From the NCBI RefSeq assembly GCF_002105155.1, contig NW_019028989.1:558001-622000 (forward strand): a DNA stretch of 64,000 bases, given 5' to 3'. The notes below the pieces were generated by a model that ran no database searches, had not been told where the DNA came from, and was given only the letters and a program-made list of their open reading frames with translations. The first letter of the stretch is position 1. Each line of letters starts with the position of its first letter. Below, piece after piece: positions 60,569 through 64,000 of this stretch. Position numbers and translations under genes: made by a program. Source of the DNA: Lobosporangium transversale. Taxonomy: Eukaryota.

Positions 60569-63562
60569 ATGCTAGATTGGCCATTCTCTGATGTTTGCTC
60601 TACAGTGTCGTGCTGGGCACTCTTGTTCTCTGTGATCCTTCCCTCCATGCAGGGCTTAGGAACGGAGGTCACTGCCAGGACTTTATTCGCATCGCACCTC
60701 TCTTCTTCTCTCCTCCACGTCAATACTCAGCAACCACAGGGGCAACACCATCATATTCAACAACAGCATCTTCATTATCATTCTCAACATCATCAAGACT
60801 ATTCATCGCTACAATCACAGCAGATGTTTTCTCTGACTTTCTACCTTCGAACAAACTCCAATGAGATGATTTCTCTCTCACTCCTTGCCAATCTCTTTGT
60901 GCCATTATTATCGACCCGAGAACGCTGGCTGTTGCATAGTGCCATTATTGAGGATCAAGCAGCATCATACATTGATCATCAGCAGAGGCAGGACAAGCAG
61001 ACGAAACAGAAGCAACAGAAACAGAAGCCAGAAAAAAGAGGCAGTCTAAACAAACAGGAAGAACAGGAATCAATTTTAAAACACAGTTGACACACAGGAA
61101 CAGGTGGCCCACTTCGTCCCTACATATACAGCCAAGCAAGAATGTCATAGTGAGCGGAGGCGCTTATGAACCTATTAGTAAGGACGTTAAGAAGCTCGTA
61201 TTAGAATTTGAAACTACAGCAGGACAACGAGTAACTGGAGGATATGGCTATGGTTATCGACAACTGTAGTACCATTGCTTTGCATTCGAGTCAATCTACC
61301 TACTGTAGGTGGAATCCCCAAAAACAATCGACCTTCATGATCCAACATTTGTTCCATATCATAAAGAGCAGGCACCAATTGTGGTGGAAAATACACATGT
61401 GGAGGAAGAGAGAGTTCGATTTAACGCTTCAATGAGTCATGTGGACGCCGATGACGACCCGTTTGCTCATGAGGCAATACAGCTAATACCTACAGTGAAT
61501 GAAAAGGGCAAAGATCCATGGCAAACGGAGAGCCTGTTTAGGCTGCTGTCACCATCACTTTCATCCCTATTATCGCTGTCGCTAATAGCGTTGATTAAAG
61601 ATAATAAAAAAGAATTGGTAACGATTATTCAAAAGTATTGGGGTGAACTCAATGTACTTTACAGGATTCAAATGCAGTCGGAAGAGCAATTGAGTGATAA
61701 AATTATTGGTCATGGTTATCTGGAGCAGAAAATTCAAACAGGTGCTGTAGAAGGTGTTCGAAAAGTATCTTCTTTACGACAGTAGCATTAGCAACAATAT
61801 GTCTCTGGCGCCTTCATGGCTGGACCAAAGCATTTCGGTAAGCAGTCGACACATTTATTTATCAGTTACATACCTAAGTCATACCACATCATTCTGAATA
61901 GGTCTGGGAAGACAACTCTACTAGTTTTGACAGATAGTTGGAGAGTAACGACAGCGGGGAGTAGAAACATGGAAGGGAGATCTCGTCATTTTCTATTAGG
62001 GGCGCATCACAATATACAAGAGACACAAAAACAGCAACGGCGAGGCATCAACATCTATTGAGTACAACCATGGTGACAGTGATCTAGTGTACCCTTCATA
62101 AAGAAAACATGGATGTGGCAACAAATCAGCTTCAATGCATTTTTTATTTCTTTCCCGCTTTCCTTATTCTGAGCTCTTATCTGCATTTGAGACTGTTCCG
62201 ACAAAAGGGTTTGAAAAGCACCTAACCTTCTTCTCTTTCTAACAGCAACCTCTAGTGCGATTCCATCTGCCTACGTCTATGCCTACAATGTCTCGCCAAT
62301 GGATTGCATTGACGCCTTGCGCGCCCAGAAAGACTTTTGATCATACAGTTCTTCATTTGGCTGCCTCTGCTATCCTCTTCTATCCAACTTTGGGAGTCAG
62401 TTGCAAGGATGAACCGATCGCTTCTCAAGACCATTCCGCTTCGCTTTTTACCTTGGATCATGATGCAGCTGAGTAACTTATCATGCTGCTTGATAACCAA
62501 ATCTACGGAGCTCAAGCCATGGTGACATTCACAGGGCTGGCAACAATTCAGGCGTCAGCTTTAGCAAAGTCCGAAATGACAACCATTAATGGTGCTCGAG
62601 ATCGCCTCTTGCACCAGGACTTCGACATGTCACATGCTCAACAGCTGCACGGACAACAAAGTCCAATGATCACCATCAAGCGGCCTTGTGCTAGAAGTAA
62701 ATTGCTACTAAACATCGCATTCACAATGGAATTTAGAGCCGTGGTGCAGCTGAAATATATCTTCATCAACCTTAGACTAACCACCCTTCAGGATGAGCCG
62801 CAAAAGGATAAAGAGACGCTAGAGGGAGCCATTAGCTTGGAGGATGTTGTGCCTTTAATAACTTATCGCTATACTCCGAGGTCAACAGCATAATCCAAAC
62901 AGAATTGGATCCACCGGATGTTTTGTGAAGCAGATCTCTGTGGCCATGTTGAAAAGGACAGCGACAACAGTTTGAGTATGATGACAACCAGCTTGAACCT
63001 GCAGTTGCGGCAAGAAGAATTGCTTGCAGCAGCTTATGAAATCGCTTCTGCTACTGAAAGCCCCGCGATTGTGGATCGGAACACTCCCAACACTAGGGTA
63101 CGTCCTAACCGTCCGGTATATTCCCATCTAACTCTTCCTTCTCAGGCATTAGAGAAGGTTAAGCCATTTAGTCTCCAAAATAAGCATTCGTATTGCTCCA
63201 GCGGTTTAAGCAGTTTATGGCGTGTTAGCTGCAATCAATTCTACAATTTTAGTAACAGCATCAGCAACAATAACAATGGAGCTACCAGTATCTCTGGGAA
63301 AATAGCCATGATTCCAATGAGCACCATTTGCGGCGTAGGTGTGAGTATGTTCGTGGCATTGCTGTTTGTCATTTGCGAAATTGAGCGCTCAGACAATATG
63401 TGCGATCTGCATAACAGAATATGAAATTGGGGACCATGTGCGTATATTGCCATGTTCGATCAATATCATACTGGATGCATCGACCCTTGGCTGCTGCATG
63501 TAGCTTCGTTGTGTCCGATCTGCAAACGGGATCATTGGCCAGCGTCGATTATAAAAGACTGA
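60569..63562 (+). pseudogene. Disrupted signal-peptide / PA-like / TM / RING-H2 E3 ligase (RNF13/RNF167-type architecture)
   Basis: ORFs 62255, 62483 and 62918 share one frame, split by in-frame TAA stops at 62474 and 62891. TM helix ICGVGVSMFVALLFVI. The RING is split over two frames: CAICITEYEIGDHVRILPC (63399-63455) and DQYHTGCIDPWLLHVASLCPICK (from 63458). The 5' extent is uncertain. Confidence 0.75.
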
Positions 63563-63804
63563 TGACGGAAGGCTTCTGTTGGCGATTCTTAGTCTATATT
63601 TTACTATGGTGTTTTGTCAAGAAAGATGTTGCACAGATCTCAATAGACTAAAAAAAGTTTCGTAATAACACAAATTTTCATTATTACTGAACCATGTGGT
63701 AAAGCATAGAATCCATAAGCTTTTATTATGTTGCACCGCAACAAAAGAATCATCTTGCGGCCTTTTTTGATTCATCGCCCTTTTACTCTTTCATCCTCAT
63801 TCTC

Positions 63805-63846
63805 ATTTTCATTTTCATTTTCATTTTCATTTTCATTTTCATTTTC
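63805..63846. repeat. (ATTTTC)n hexanucleotide microsatellite
   Basis: About 7 tandem ATTTTC units. Confidence 0.9.
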
Positions 63847-63896
63847 TCATTCGAAATCAAGGATCAGCTACTGCTTTCTTTCTCTCTCTGATACTC

Positions 63897-64000
63897 ATGA
63901 CACAGCACAACCTTCTTCGTCCTACCAATGTTTTGCCCTTTTCAGAAATGCCCGTAATCCCTCCTCGATTGCAGCTACAGGAGCAACAGCGGACGCTAGA
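63897..64000 (+). CDS. Possible 5' end of a gene running off the right edge
   Basis: ATG after a pyrimidine-rich leader; frame open to the window end (MTQHNLLRPTNVLPFSEMPVIPPRLQLQEQQRTL). Confidence 0.35.
   Translation, partial: MTQHNLLRPTNVLPFSEMPVIPPRLQLQEQQRTL

Noticed and set aside
62474..62893. Stop-codon readthrough or alternative genetic code at the in-frame TAAs
   Set aside because: TAA is the normal terminator of several intact genes here, and frameshifts accompany the stops, so a pseudogene is the simpler explanation.

Overview
Intron-rich eukaryotic DNA from a fungus. Gene content (INTS8, a GDP-fucose transporter, FAM72, Cys4-type HSC20) and short GT-AG introns suggest an early-diverging, Mortierellaceae-like Mucoromycota species; this is inference. 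Thirteen apparently intact genes can be spliced together by eye: GCN1, a FAM72-domain protein, a Herp-like UBL membrane protein, a small conserved hypothetical protein, a C2H2 transcription factor, MSH2, INTS8, an SLC35C1-like transporter, RTP1/Tango6, MMS22/Mus7, JAC1/HSC20, a Pru-only RPN13 and a CorA/Alr1-family Mg transporter. There is also a decayed PA-TM-RING-H2 E3 ligase pseudogene and a possible partial gene at each edge. I saw no rRNA, tRNA, CRISPR or transposon. The most interesting signals are (i) a fungal Integrator subunit 8 whose PP2A-recruiting WFEFL motif looks degenerate; (ii) an abnormally long last MSH2 intron holding an in-frame alternative terminal exon and structured segments; (iii) only 94 bp between RTP1 and the same-strand transporter gene; and (iv) the RING ligase pseudogene. 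All family calls come from recalled motifs, not database searches.
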